DNA of 64,000 bases. Source: Toensbergia leucococca. Taxonomy: Eukaryota. Location of the stretch: the NCBI GenBank assembly GCA_022813965.1, contig JALDZS010000004.1, positions 124,001 through 188,000 of the forward strand. Reading direction: 5' to 3'. The position numbers were made by a program, and so were the translations under genes. Of this stretch, positions 63,879-64,000 are shown in pieces. Under the pieces are notes generated by a model. The model ran no database searches. It was not told where the DNA came from and saw only the letters and a list, made by a program, of their open reading frames with translations. Positions within the stretch are counted from its first letter, which is position 1. Each line of letters opens with the position of its first letter.

Positions 63879-64000
63879 GTAAGTCACAGATCAGTTTATC
63901 TTTCTAGGCCTACGAAACTGGTCGGATGCCAGAAAAAGGCCAATCGTGATCCAAGGACCTGGCGAGCAATGGTACAAGCTTGACACCACCAAGTACGCTG

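Noticed and set aside
1..64000. CRISPR arrays, tRNA/rRNA genes, intact transposons, MAT locus, secondary-metabolite cluster
   Set aside because: No repeat-spacer arrays, tRNA cloverleafs, rRNA, transposase/RT ORFs, HMG/alpha-box genes or PKS/NRPS were recognised by eye. Covariance-model and HMM searches were not run.

Overview
Eukaryotic DNA from a filamentous ascomycete (Pezizomycotina). The evidence is short GT-AG introns with CTAAC/CTGAC branch sites and fungal-type PRP8, RPB2, EsdC and TOM6; the exact class cannot be fixed without an RPB2 search. Positions ~0.3-53.6 kb are a gene-dense core region with about 20 intact, mostly intron-containing genes, in order: TOM6, an SSU1/MAE1-type transporter, an F-box-like protein, a hypothetical protein, an aldo-keto reductase, DOM34/pelota, a DUF1772 protein, an ERD2-like receptor, a Myb/SANT-like protein, a secreted polyamine oxidase, a hypothetical protein, RPL34, intein-free PRP8, COX4, esdC, RPB2, an MFS transporter, an M28 glutamate carboxypeptidase, a GHITM/Bax-inhibitor protein and a MOV10/SDE3-like RNA helicase. 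TOM6 and RPL34 are not recovered by the ORF track because of splicing. About 53.9-63.3 kb has no intact recognisable gene and looks like decayed accessory-gene relics. The first exon of UGP1 starts at 63765. I found no tRNA, rRNA, CRISPR array, intact transposon or clearly new multi-gene system. The most unusual signals are repeated abrupt C/A-rich to G/T-rich strand-skew switches that ignore gene orientation, a nested stem structure in the long TOM6 intron, overlapping uORFs ahead of the MFS and polyamine oxidase genes, a GC-AG intron, and a perfect 18-bp palindrome in the SSU1 promoter. All identifications come from recognising sequence, not from database searches.
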